A stretch of DNA of 64,000 nt from an uncultured Methanosarcinales archaeon (GCA_965231065.1 OZ246410.1:323046-387045); one strand, 5' to 3'; numbered from the stretch's first letter, positions 36,391 through 46,002 are shown. Notes: a model not told the origin generated them from the letters alone. Numbers and translations are program-made.

Positions 36391-38067
36391 CTATCTTCTA
36401 AACTGAATATGTGTTCTTCTCTGTTTCCGCATCGAGAATAATATACTTCCAATGAACAATCCCAGGACAAAGGTCAGCAATGCACGTGTATCTATATTGA
36501 CCCCAAACGGCTTCTTCTGCGGGAAATAAATATCCAGATTGCTCAATTCAATACCGTACTCAGCATACAATAATGCAGTATATTTCTCATTCTCTTTCAA
36601 GACATCAGCATATTCATAGTAACTATATCCGAGGATCGGGAATGTCCCTTTCTCGATCTGTTTCTGGATTGCTTTTTTCGCAGCGATGATCTTATTATCC
36701 AGAAGATCATTCACATTTTCATCGGCGATGTAGATGGTGCTCAACGCAGAAGAGATCTCTGCCTCTGATTTTGATGCTTTGAACAAACAGAGAGCATAAT
36801 CGCTGGAATTCAGATATTGTTTCGCGCTTTCAAGACCTTTCTTTGATTCATCAACCAGATGCGGGATGTAGATCTGAATGTAATTGTACAATTCTTCCAC
36901 TTCGTTGATCTTCAGCATGCAGCTATCTTTCAATTTTGATTCGTCAATCTGCTTTCCGGCAAAGCCCATGAATCGCAGCCATGCTGATGCGCTGTAGGTC
37001 CGTTCAATCGCATAGCTTAGATCAGAAGTCGAATTGCGTTCACGTGCTTCCTTGATATTCTCGCGTGCATCAATGATTCGTTCCTGCACGATCATCGCCG
37101 CTTCCAAATCGCCGAGTCGTGTGAGTTTTGTATTGTTCAATCCTGTCTCGAGCTCATCCAGCTGCGCTGTTGTTTGCAGCAACTCTGTTTCAATCTCGGC
37201 ATGAGAGATATTCTGTATCTTGAATATGACCTGCCTGAAATACACATTCGCGCCAAAACATCTGCTTGCAGATGAATAGTATTTTCCTTCCTTCGATAGT
37301 TCAGCCGCTTTTTGCGATAGGTTCGATCCCTGTTCGTAGATTCCTTTTGCATCTTCTGGTATTTTCTTAACATCGATAGTATTCTGTATCGTTTCTGTTC
37401 GTTTGCAGATGTTCTCATTCAGATCTTTCATGATAGAAACATACGTTGCATCAGGAACCAATGGCGGGTATACTTTTTTAGTATTAGTGAATATTTCATA
37501 CGCTTCTTCGACATCAGAGACCTCGATGACGCTCACGTTAAGTTCTTTCCCGAATGCGATGAGTCCAGTCGCATTCTCTTCTCCTTTTGGAATCAAAATG
37601 CGTTTTAATCCGGCATCGACAGCGGCCTTTATTTTCTCTCGTGCACCGCCCACCACGCCGACAACACCGCCTGAATTGATAGTGCCGGTGATCACGGTGT
37701 AGGAATCGATTTTTTTATTCTCTAACGAAGCGATCGTCAGTAGTGTGATGGCAGCTCCTGCGCTTGGGCCAGCGACAATCGGAGAATTCGTCTGTAATGA
37801 ATAGATAAAATCCTTGTTCAAACAATAGTTTTCAGAGATCTTGCAGGCGATCGTCTTACCGATGCGCAGCGATATCTGCGTATCAATCTGCGATAATGGA
37901 TACGTCTCGATGAAGACACGTCCGGAGCCATCGATAATGTCAAGATTCAGATCAACGACCGTACCTTGTTTGTTTCCATCTGTGACCGCGAGGAGTTTAA
38001 TCGTGCCTCGTTGCGCGAATGCAGCAGGCATCAGCAATAAGAACAGCAGAAACAGATACTTCTTCAT
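36391..38067 (-). CDS. Secreted/membrane-anchored Lon-like S16 serine protease domain protein (no AAA+ module)
   Basis: Signal MKKYLFLLFLLLMPAAFA; IVAGPSAGAAITL (Lon catalytic Ser) and GGAREKIKAAVDAGLKRILIPKGEE (catalytic Lys region); long helical middle region; C-terminal TM plus basic tail. Confidence 0.65.
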   Translation of the reverse strand: MKKYLFLLFLLLMPAAFAQRGTIKLLAVTDGNKQGTVVDLNLDIIDGSGRVFIETYPLSQIDTQISLRIGKTIACKISENYCLNKDFIYSLQTNSPIVAGPSAGAAITLLTIASLENKKIDSYTVITGTINSGGVVGVVGGAREKIKAAVDAGLKRILIPKGEENATGLIAFGKELNVSVIEVSDVEEAYEIFTNTKKVYPPLVPDATYVSIMKDLNENICKRTETIQNTIDVKKIPEDAKGIYEQGSNLSQKAAELSKEGKYYSSASRCFGANVYFRQVIFKIQNISHAEIETELLQTTAQLDELETGLNNTKLTRLGDLEAAMIVQERIIDARENIKEARERNSTSDLSYAIERTYSASAWLRFMGFAGKQIDESKLKDSCMLKINEVEELYNYIQIYIPHLVDESKKGLESAKQYLNSSDYALCLFKASKSEAEISSALSTIYIADENVNDLLDNKIIAAKKAIQKQIEKGTFPILGYSYYEYADVLKENEKYTALLYAEYGIELSNLDIYFPQKKPFGVNIDTRALLTFVLGLFIGSILFSMRKQRRTHIQFRR

Positions 38068-39155
38068 AGTTTGCGGTGGACGTCAAACTCTCTCATCTTT
38101 CTTCGATGTTTGAGATATCGTCGTAATCCATGTTTATCGTTCTGATATTCATATATTTTGAATAGAACAAATAGTGCAACCAGTATTCCAAACGTGATCC
38201 ATGCCCATTTTGCGGTCTTCGACAGTGGCTTACTCTCTTTTGGAGGAGCAGGATTGGTTTCCGTTGCTGTTGTACCCGCATCTGAAGCGAGCAATTGATC
38301 CCGTTTCAGGTTATAATCAGTTTTTGGTCCTTCATTGCCTGCGAGATCGACTGCCGTAACTGAGAATAAGCTGTCATCAGTGGATACCTCCCAGAACAAC
38401 TGCTGGGTCGAAGCGATACTCTTGATCGTGTTATAGATATTATAATGATCAATGCCATTGTTGTCTGTCGCCGCAGCCCATGTAATTCTTGCTTTGTCAT
38501 CGATTGATTCATATTTGAGAGTGCTGACTGCGCTTGGTGGAGTCACATCGTATACGAATTCGATCTGGAAGAATCCCTGCATCAAATTATCCTGTGCATC
38601 ACTGCACTTTACAAAGACTCTGTTCAATCCTTCGGCAAATGGTAACTCGATAGAATGATTTTGTTGGAGGATCGCTTCTGTGGCAACAAGACTTGTTTCG
38701 CTGAAGCCTGCTTTACAGCTCGCTGGTTCATCAGTAGTAAACATGAGAACTTTTGAATTTGAATATATCTTTGATGGACTGTTGACTACTGGTGCTTTTG
38801 AATCGCCGCCATACGTCTTGCTTGCTTCTGAAGAAAGGTTGACCAGATCATACACGATGAGCTTGAAGGTATGCTGCAGACCATCATCTTTTGTCTGGTA
38901 CAGACTGATCTGGTGCGTTCCGGTGAGCTGTTCCCGATGGAGCAATTCGCTGTCCTGATATACTTCAAGATGATCAAGACCCTGATCGCTTTCTATCTCC
39001 CAACTTACCTGCACTTGATCGGGAAATGTTCGTTTCACATCGAATGAGGTGATCTGCGGAGAAAGTGCGTATGCAATCATGACTGAACATACTAGTATGC
39101 CAAGAATACCTGCTAATTTACGTTTGTCCATGGGGTATATGATGAATTCCGTCAC
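38064..39155 (-). CDS. Surface protein with fibronectin-III/Ig-like domains, N-terminal signal-anchor and C-terminal TM helix
   Basis: 363 aa; beta-rich repeats; C-terminal WAWITFGILVALFVLFKIY plus basic tail. Confidence 0.5.
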   Translation of the reverse strand: MTEFIIYPMDKRKLAGILGILVCSVMIAYALSPQITSFDVKRTFPDQVQVSWEIESDQGLDHLEVYQDSELLHREQLTGTHQISLYQTKDDGLQHTFKLIVYDLVNLSSEASKTYGGDSKAPVVNSPSKIYSNSKVLMFTTDEPASCKAGFSETSLVATEAILQQNHSIELPFAEGLNRVFVKCSDAQDNLMQGFFQIEFVYDVTPPSAVSTLKYESIDDKARITWAAATDNNGIDHYNIYNTIKSIASTQQLFWEVSTDDSLFSVTAVDLAGNEGPKTDYNLKRDQLLASDAGTTATETNPAPPKESKPLSKTAKWAWITFGILVALFVLFKIYEYQNDKHGLRRYLKHRRKMREFDVHRKL

Positions 39156-39176
39156 CTAATATTTAAATTTTACTGC

Positions 39177-39974
39177 CTATAAGAGCGGTTTTATGAGTAC
39201 AGGGGTGACAAACACCTCTATTAGCGCAGCGATGATGATGACTAGGATCGATAGGATGAGCAGGACTGTTCCGTCTTTGATGACGTTCTGGAATGTGTTG
39301 GTGCCGACTTTCTCTTTAAAGAATCCTTTTGAGATGACTCCGCCAGCAAGTGCTGCAAGCAAAAAACCAAATACTTCGGGAATGATGTGGATAGAAAGGA
39401 TCGCGGTGCTCAGTACCTTCTGCTGTGTGATTAATTGTGTCGCTTTCAGTATGAATGTCGCGAAGACGCTTGCGTTCAGTACGATCAAGAATAAAGCACC
39501 GATGCCGTAGAATAGAGACAAGATGAATGCGATCACAACAATGGATATGTTGTTGAAGATGATGCTGAATAACTGCGGAACTTTCTGAGTCGGTATCTTG
39601 ATGAAATTACCGACCAATCCTTGCTTCTCCAATATTGAATTTTGATATGAAACAGAGTCAGGAACATACGATCCCATAAAGATATAACTGAAGAAGATGC
39701 CGATGAACAGACACAGGAATATGTCCATGAGCACCGCATGGTTCCGAAAGAAATGGTACAATCCTCTTTTTCGTTCCATCTTCTCTCCGATGGTCACTAG
39801 TTTCGCAGTCGAAGGAATGAGCAATAAGGTGATGAAGAAGACCATGGAAAATGAAACGCTGTTCGGGAAGAACATCTGGGCCGTGCCATAACTCAATAAT
39901 ACGTAGATGGCTCCTAAGAGAAATGAATATATCTTCCGTTTTCCGATGCTGCTGAGAAACTGTTCAAATCCCAT
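39177..39974 (-). CDS. Polytopic membrane protein (6-7 TM; SpoIIM/DUF95-like?)
   Basis: 265 aa, hydrophobic throughout. Confidence 0.35.
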   Translation of the reverse strand: MGFEQFLSSIGKRKIYSFLLGAIYVLLSYGTAQMFFPNSVSFSMVFFITLLLIPSTAKLVTIGEKMERKRGLYHFFRNHAVLMDIFLCLFIGIFFSYIFMGSYVPDSVSYQNSILEKQGLVGNFIKIPTQKVPQLFSIIFNNISIVVIAFILSLFYGIGALFLIVLNASVFATFILKATQLITQQKVLSTAILSIHIIPEVFGFLLAALAGGVISKGFFKEKVGTNTFQNVIKDGTVLLILSILVIIIAALIEVFVTPVLIKPLL

Positions 39975-42110
39975 TTAATGATGACCGAATCTCTTGAAGT
40001 AGCGATCCCAGTCATCCTCTCCTTTTCTTTTCCAACCGAGGACGTAGAGTGTTGCACCAATTAATACAAGTGCAAGTAATGCTGTCTTATTGATTCCTTT
40101 CGCATAGTCTATCAAGACGGCGAAACCAGTACCGATGCCGAACGCCTGTTCACCAGTCACTATATTATTTGCTGCTGGTGTTTCATTCGCTTGATTGTTT
40201 GAAGCTAATTGTGAAAGATCTTTGTTGACATTCGCAGTATCTATGACTGTCGGCGCTGCAGGAGTTGGGAGGATTATTCCGCCGCCGGATGAACTAAATG
40301 TTCTCTTCTTTCCGCCACCTGTATTTCCATTACCGTTGCCGCCACCATTATTTGGTGGTGGATTGGAACATTGGGCTGTGTCGATTGTGCACGTAGTAGT
40401 ACACGTGACTGTTCCTTGGCTGAATCCATAATTAGAGCAGATATCGGTTGTGGATCCGTCACACTGCTCTCCGGCATCGACAATGTTGTCACCGCAGTAG
40501 GAACCAACACTGATCTGTGCAGTTGCGGTGAACGTATCAGCGCCATTTGTGTATGTCGCAATGATTGTATACTGTCCGTTTGCCTGTGGTATTCCGAGTA
40601 ATGTATCGAATGTTCCTGTCTGATTATTTATTACCAAGGCCTCATTCTGCAGGATTTCTATCACATCGATCGTTCCGCTCGGTATGTTGCCGTCATCGGT
40701 ACTGATTGTTCCTGTAAGTGCTAGTGATATATTATTATTTGCAACGCTTGCATCTGTATTTGTCTGATTCAAGCTCATGGAGAGTGTGAAGGTCTTTCTG
40801 ACTCTGAACTGTGCTGATTGTGATGTTGACTGTCCAAGATTATCAGCTGCGGTTACCTGGACTGTATATGTTCCCGTCGTCGTCGCTGTTGTCGTTGGGA
40901 GTATTATCTGCCCGTTCGTTATTGTTGCTGGTATCGCATTATTGTTCGGATCAGTGATTGTTGCGGTGACTGAATTTTGGTCAACACCGGAGCCAGTATC
41001 TGCGATGACTGCATCGATGATGACATTATTTCCTCTGTCTGTCACATTCGGAGCAGTCAGGGTGATCGTCGGTGCTTGGTTGTCGATAGTGAATGTTTGT
41101 GTTCCTGAACTTCCTTGAAGATTGACTTCGTCAGTACAGTCGACATTCCATGTATATTGTCCATCAGTAACCGGAATCGTGTACGAATTACTTACTCCTG
41201 TCGTTACTATCGCATTTGCATTACCATTAGCCGTTACCATGCAATTCAATTGCGTCGCATAATTATCCTGCGCATCGAACTGTAAATTTACATTTGTCGC
41301 GGTAAGGAATTGATTGTTTGTCGGTGAAGTTAATGTGACTGTCGGCGCTGTCCTGTCAATTATGGTAGTCAGGTTAGCTGTTGCTGCGGTATTTCCGCCA
41401 TTATCGGATGCATCGAAGAAGAAGCAGACATCCCCTTCTGGCCATGCGGTAAGATCTTGAGTGCTTGAACAGATGCCATTTGAACATGTGTTCGCGAATG
41501 TATTGTAGACTGTACTTGATGTATTTGTTGTGTTGTCGAATATCAGATCGCAGTTCGAGAGATGCAGATTTGAACCAGCGATGCCTGTCTGTGCATCATT
41601 TGCAGCTGCTGAGAATAATTCATTACCTCCTGAGATGTATGGTCCTGGTGTTGTATTGGTTATGACTGGCGGGAGATTGTCATTCAACACCTGTAGTTGT
41701 ATTTGATTCGCATTGGAATCACCATTTACATCTGTTGTGGTGATGATCCAGTTATAGGTTGTATCTTGATTTACATTATTTGCCAATGCCGAGAATCCGA
41801 AATTCTGGTTGCCCCAATTGCTGATCGCATTAGTCGTTGTCGAGAATGTGATTGAATTATTATTTGTAACAGACCATCCTAATAATGCAGTAATGCTGTT
41901 GACGCTGAAGCCGCTGTTTTGCACATCGACTTGGTTGATCGCTGATGTGCTGGTTATGTCATTTGCAACGTTTAACCCAATATTGACGGGGTTTGTCTCA
42001 TAGATGGGGGCGTAATTAGTTGTGACCGTTGCGGTGTGGACCGCAAAGACAGAAGTGAGTAATGATAAGAATACAATTAAGTCTATAAGTCCTCTCTTCA
42101 CTGGGGTCAT
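39975..42110 (-). CDS. Large secreted adhesin-like protein with multiple Ig-like repeats, Cys-rich module, Gly/Asn low-complexity stalk and C-terminal TM anchor
   Basis: 711 aa; signal LIDLIVFLSLLTSVFA; SYCGDNIVDAGEQCDGSTTDICSNYG...CTTTCTIDTAQC; NGGGNGNGNTGGG; C-terminal ALLALVLIGATLYVLGWKRKG. Confidence 0.55.
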   Translation of the reverse strand: MTPVKRGLIDLIVFLSLLTSVFAVHTATVTTNYAPIYETNPVNIGLNVANDITSTSAINQVDVQNSGFSVNSITALLGWSVTNNNSITFSTTTNAISNWGNQNFGFSALANNVNQDTTYNWIITTTDVNGDSNANQIQLQVLNDNLPPVITNTTPGPYISGGNELFSAAANDAQTGIAGSNLHLSNCDLIFDNTTNTSSTVYNTFANTCSNGICSSTQDLTAWPEGDVCFFFDASDNGGNTAATANLTTIIDRTAPTVTLTSPTNNQFLTATNVNLQFDAQDNYATQLNCMVTANGNANAIVTTGVSNSYTIPVTDGQYTWNVDCTDEVNLQGSSGTQTFTIDNQAPTITLTAPNVTDRGNNVIIDAVIADTGSGVDQNSVTATITDPNNNAIPATITNGQIILPTTTATTTGTYTVQVTAADNLGQSTSQSAQFRVRKTFTLSMSLNQTNTDASVANNNISLALTGTISTDDGNIPSGTIDVIEILQNEALVINNQTGTFDTLLGIPQANGQYTIIATYTNGADTFTATAQISVGSYCGDNIVDAGEQCDGSTTDICSNYGFSQGTVTCTTTCTIDTAQCSNPPPNNGGGNGNGNTGGGKKRTFSSSGGGIILPTPAAPTVIDTANVNKDLSQLASNNQANETPAANNIVTGEQAFGIGTGFAVLIDYAKGINKTALLALVLIGATLYVLGWKRKGEDDWDRYFKRFGHH

Positions 42111-42152
42111 CTAAAAGATAGATATAGTCAAAATGCTATATAAAGGTTACGT

Positions 42153-42716
42153 TTATTTCGCCTGTATCGTTATTTTGTTTATAATTACGTCAGTCACTGG
42201 TTGGTCATCAGCATTTGTCTTTGTGTTGCTGATCTTCTCGACAAGATCATATCCTTCGATGACTTTGCCGAAAACCGGATGCTTACCGTTCAAGAAAAAG
42301 TTATTCGCTACGTTGATGAAGAATTGTGAACCGCCTGTGTCCGGTCCGGAATTTGCCATTGCGATTGTACCTGGGTCATTCTTTAATCCTGCTCCAAACT
42401 CATCTTTGATATGATATCCAGGACCGCCAGTGCCCCATCGTGATCTTAATGAAAGATCCTTTGATAATGGATCTCCGCCTTGGATCATGAACTTAGCTAT
42501 TATTCTGTGAAATCTCGTTCCGTCATAGAAACCTGACTGCGCTAATTTGATGAAATTAGCAGTGGTAATTGGTGCTTTGTCTTCAAACAATTCAATCTTG
42601 AATGTTCCTTGATTTGTTTCAAATACTGCTATTCTGTTCATAGTCTTTGATGACATGTTCACATATAAAAGGATTGTGATGAGGACTACTATTCCTATTA
42701 TTATGTTTTTCTTCAT
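42153..42716 (-). CDS. ppiB: Cyclophilin-type peptidyl-prolyl cis-trans isomerase with N-terminal membrane anchor/signal
   Basis: FHRIIAKFMIQGGDP cyclophilin motif; N-terminal IIIGIVVLITILLYV. Confidence 0.8.
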   Translation of the reverse strand: MKKNIIIGIVVLITILLYVNMSSKTMNRIAVFETNQGTFKIELFEDKAPITTANFIKLAQSGFYDGTRFHRIIAKFMIQGGDPLSKDLSLRSRWGTGGPGYHIKDEFGAGLKNDPGTIAMANSGPDTGGSQFFINVANNFFLNGKHPVFGKVIEGYDLVEKISNTKTNADDQPVTDVIINKITIQAK

Positions 42717-45022
42717 TGTGTTTCTTCTGTTGGCGCTTTCACAACCTTTTTCTTCACCGTTTTCTTCGCTGCTGCTTTCTTAGGCGCTTTCTCTTTCTTG
42801 ACTTTCTCTTCAGCAGGTTTGAATTTAGGAGCGACAACAGTTCCATCCAATTTCATCATGAACCTACATTTCGGATAATTGCTACACCCATAGAATTTCC
42901 CATAGAAGCTCTGCTTCAAGATAAACTGTCCGCCGTCGTTCGGACAGATCATCTGAGCCGCTGTCAATTTAGGAGCTTCAGCTTCTAATTGCTTCTTTGT
43001 AGGACAATCCTTATTGACACAGAGTTCCTGAGGTTGTTTACGGGCTTTTATCACTTTAACCATAGGATATCCGCATGCAGGGCATTCCTTGCGTGCAGGG
43101 ACTACTTTAGCGAATGGCGGTAGATTGAAGGTAGTCTGACATTCAGGGTATTTGTTACAAGCGACAAATAATCCATATTTTCCTCTCCTGATCTGCAGGT
43201 CTCCTTTTCCGCATTTCATACATTTGCCGACGTAACTCAGTTCGTCTCTTGTTTCCAACGTAGCTTTCAATAATTCTTTTCCGATATCTGATTCATTCTT
43301 CTTGAATTTCTCAAGTATCTTGTTGATCGTATCCTTGGCTTCGCCCAGAACTTTTTCTTCAGTCTGTTTCTTGCCTCGTATCTCCTCCATCTCTTCCTCG
43401 AAGTGTCTGGTCAATTGCTCATCCAACATCTCCGGCATATATTTCTTAAGAACTTTTACCGTTTCAATACCTAAGTCTGTCGCCTGGATGCTGTTCTCAT
43501 TGACATATCCTCTTCTGAATAATGTTTCGACTATCTCTGCACGAGTAGCCTTCGTCCCAAGACCTCTTTTCTCTAATTCCTTGATTATGGAAGCAGGAGT
43601 ATATCTCTTGGGAGGTGATGTTTCCTCAGCAAGCATCAGTATCTCTTTTACTGTTATTTCTTCTCCGATCTTTAATTGCGGAAGTTCTTCGTCTTTCATC
43701 ATTGCATATTTTCCATACAGTGTATGCCAGCCTTTCTCCACCGTGACTGTTCCAGAAACAGTAAAGATCTCTTTATTGATGTCAATCTCAATCTTCTGCG
43801 TCTCTCTCGTCGCGGGATCTCCGAAGATCGCGAAGAATCTATGGACAATCAAATCATACACTTTTGCCTCTCTATCTTCTAATCCTTTCGGCGGTATTCC
43901 AGTCGGGTGTATGGCTGGATGAGCAGGATCGGTCTTCTCTCCTTGATTCGGGATTAATTTTCCAGACAATACTGTCTTTGCCAATTCGGTATAGTTGCTG
44001 TTCTTCGCTAACTCCTGCAAGACGCTCTTAAGATTCAATTCTTTAGGCAATTGCTGAGATGAAGTTCTTGGATATGAGATATATCCGCCGGTGTACAATG
44101 CCTGGGCGCATTCAAGCGTATTCTTAGGACTTATTCCAAGTGTCTTATATGATTCCATCTGTAATGAAGTCAAATCAAAAGGAACCGGAGGACTCTGTTT
44201 GAATCTTGTTTTTGTTATATTTTTTACGACAGCTTTCTTTCCTTTGCACGTATCGTATACTTTCTGCGCTTCATCCTTCTTCCAGAATTTGTCTGTCTTG
44301 TGCAATGCGACTATATCTGAAGCCTTTGCTTTTCCATGAAGCTCAATCTGCCAATACGGCACCGGAACGAATTTCTTTATTTCATCTTCTTTATCCACTA
44401 ATATCTTCAGCGCAGGACCTTGTACGCGGCCGATCGAGATTATCTTGAATTGTCCTGCGTTCTTTATCGCGATGCTTAACGCTCTTGAATAATTGATGCC
44501 GTACATCCAATCCAGGAAATGTCTCGTTTCACCCGCATTCGCTTGGCCCCAATCAAGTGTCTTAGACTTCGTTTCGTATGATTTGACCAAATCAGGTTTT
44601 GTCAACGTAGAATATTTCATCCTGTTTGCATCTTTTTTCTTGCAGATGAACCTAATTATATTCAATCCAATAACTTCTCCTTCGATATCAAAGTCAGTCG
44701 CTACGGTAAATTCGTTCGCATCTTTCGCGAGTTTCTTCAATACGGCGACATATTTCTTTGTATACGCTGCGCCTTTATTTGTCTCAGAAGCTTCTTTCCA
44801 CTCGATATCAAATACAGGATATGTCCACTTCCCTTTGTTTCTTTCCGCGACAGAGTAGAGATGACCGACTGCAGAACCGATTGCTATGTCTTTGTTTCCA
44901 TGAGTGATGAGATAGTAGGGAACTCCGTTATTTGACTCTTTTATTACCTTACCATCAGCGAGCGCTTCAGCTATCTTTTTTGCAGAATTCGGTTTCTCTG
45001 TAATGATGAGTTCATGGACCAT
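42713..45022 (-). CDS. topA: DNA topoisomerase, type IA (Topo I/III-like) with three C-terminal zinc ribbons
   Basis: Toprim LIITEKPNSAKKIAEAL; GRVQGPALKILVDKEDEIKKF; active-site region GGYISYPRTSS; C4 ribbons (CMKCGKG...CNKYPEC, and others). Confidence 0.85.
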   Translation of the reverse strand: MVHELIITEKPNSAKKIAEALADGKVIKESNNGVPYYLITHGNKDIAIGSAVGHLYSVAERNKGKWTYPVFDIEWKEASETNKGAAYTKKYVAVLKKLAKDANEFTVATDFDIEGEVIGLNIIRFICKKKDANRMKYSTLTKPDLVKSYETKSKTLDWGQANAGETRHFLDWMYGINYSRALSIAIKNAGQFKIISIGRVQGPALKILVDKEDEIKKFVPVPYWQIELHGKAKASDIVALHKTDKFWKKDEAQKVYDTCKGKKAVVKNITKTRFKQSPPVPFDLTSLQMESYKTLGISPKNTLECAQALYTGGYISYPRTSSQQLPKELNLKSVLQELAKNSNYTELAKTVLSGKLIPNQGEKTDPAHPAIHPTGIPPKGLEDREAKVYDLIVHRFFAIFGDPATRETQKIEIDINKEIFTVSGTVTVEKGWHTLYGKYAMMKDEELPQLKIGEEITVKEILMLAEETSPPKRYTPASIIKELEKRGLGTKATRAEIVETLFRRGYVNENSIQATDLGIETVKVLKKYMPEMLDEQLTRHFEEEMEEIRGKKQTEEKVLGEAKDTINKILEKFKKNESDIGKELLKATLETRDELSYVGKCMKCGKGDLQIRRGKYGLFVACNKYPECQTTFNLPPFAKVVPARKECPACGYPMVKVIKARKQPQELCVNKDCPTKKQLEAEAPKLTAAQMICPNDGGQFILKQSFYGKFYGCSNYPKCRFMMKLDGTVVAPKFKPAEEKVKKEKAPKKAAAKKTVKKKVVKAPTEETQ

Positions 45023-45173
45023 GCCATGTAGGGTTTTGTATTTTATTTAAAAAGCTTTGTTAATTGAGCAGAGACGCCCTAAAACCCTGTTTTAAGCTGT
45101 TTTTTGCACAAAATTTAAAAACGGAAACGACTAAAGTAGTCATAGTAAACACTTTGGAGGTGTTTTAGACAAA

Positions 45174-45539
45174 ATGGCAAGAAAAAGTAACTTAACCAAT
45201 TGGGCGTTCTTGATTGGTGCTTTGATTTCAATACTTGTTGGAATCGGAGCAGCATCTGGCGCAGCGTATGCATCTAATAAGTGGATCCCGGTCATCTTAG
45301 TGGTACTCGGATTGCTCGTTGGACTGGTAAACGTAACATCGAAAGAAATGACAGGCTTTTTGGTCGCAGCAATCGCATTGCTCGCGTTTGGAGCAGGCGG
45401 ATTAAATACGCTTGACACATTAATACCAAAGCTTGGTACATTATTAGGAAGCGGAGTCCAGGCATTCGGATTCTTTATCGGCGCAGCAGCAGTTGTTGTC
45501 GCAGTAAAGGACGCATGGGGCATCGCATCCCACAAATAA
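45174..45539 (+). CDS. Small 3-4 TM membrane protein
   Basis: GGAGGTG RBS 9 nt upstream; Gly/Ala-rich helices. Preferred over the overlapping antisense ORF 45140-45535. Confidence 0.5.
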   Translation: MARKSNLTNWAFLIGALISILVGIGAASGAAYASNKWIPVILVVLGLLVGLVNVTSKEMTGFLVAAIALLAFGAGGLNTLDTLIPKLGTLLGSGVQAFGFFIGAAAVVVAVKDAWGIASHK

Positions 45540-45540
45540 G

Positions 45541-45580
45541 CTGAAGAGCTTATTTTATTTTTTTATTTTTTTAATATATT
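45541..45580. terminator. Bidirectional terminator: AAGCT-gaag-AGCTT hairpin followed by oligo-T tracts, between convergent genes
   Basis: Sequence taagctgaagagcttattttatttttttatttttttaat. Confidence 0.5.
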
Positions 45581-45880
45581 CTAAATATGATAATAAACAC
45601 CTCCCGCGATAGCCGGCACGATTGATAATTCTGCTCCGTCCTTTACCGCGCTCTCAAGACCGTTCAGGTTCCGTATATCTTCCTGATCTATGTAGTGATT
45701 GACGAACCTGTTCAGATCTCCATTTAGGTACAATCTCTCTCTGGCCTCAGGATAGTGGTGGATCAGAGCTTCCAAGACCTTGTCATAGGTCGTTGGATTT
45801 TTCTTGAGATCCAAAACAACTTCAGTTTGATCGTCACATATCTTTCTCAATGGTATTGGTATCAATATTTTTACTGTCAT
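45581..45880 (-). CDS. MoaD/ThiS/SAMP-like ubiquitin-fold protein with a 5-residue extension (VYYHI) after the Gly-Gly
   Basis: ...DGAELSIVPAIAGGVYYHI*; beta-grasp-like MoaD pattern (VKILIP...EVVLD...LNG). Confidence 0.55.
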   Translation of the reverse strand: MTVKILIPIPLRKICDDQTEVVLDLKKNPTTYDKVLEALIHHYPEARERLYLNGDLNRFVNHYIDQEDIRNLNGLESAVKDGAELSIVPAIAGGVYYHI

Positions 45881-45915
45881 GGGTCCTCCTGCGTATTGTT
45901 GTCAATACGCTATTC

Positions 45916-45931
45916 AGAATAAATCTATTCT
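45916..45931 (+). promoter_or_regulatory. Perfect 6-4-6 inverted repeat AGAATAaatcTATTCT upstream of the HTH-CBS regulator; a second near-palindrome ATTCTTATAGGAAT at about 45957-45970 abuts the TATA
   Basis: TATA TTTATATA at 45973-45980; leaderless ATG at 46003. Confidence 0.35.
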
Positions 45932-46002
45932 CTTTTAAATAATCTCTTGACAGTATTATTCTTATAGGAATATTTATATAGGTAGACGCTTCTTCCAAAG
46001 CG

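Noticed and set aside
43302-43922. 206-aa plus-strand ORF, and several 60-120-aa ORFs, inside the topA gene
   Set aside because: Antisense to a well-supported type IA topoisomerase; low-complexity, Ser/Phe-rich, no promoter or RBS. The same reasoning applies to 50170-50640 inside ppsA, 53235-53672 inside the S2P gene, 55299-55706 inside the SDR fusion, 5812-6138, 11808-12185, 12337-12732, 13364-13660, 14335-14619, 15330-15686 and similar.
45140-45535. 131-aa minus-strand ORF overlapping the small membrane protein gene
   Set aside because: The plus-strand ORF has a GGAGGTG RBS and coherent TM helices; the minus ORF is Ala/Thr/Pro-rich antisense.
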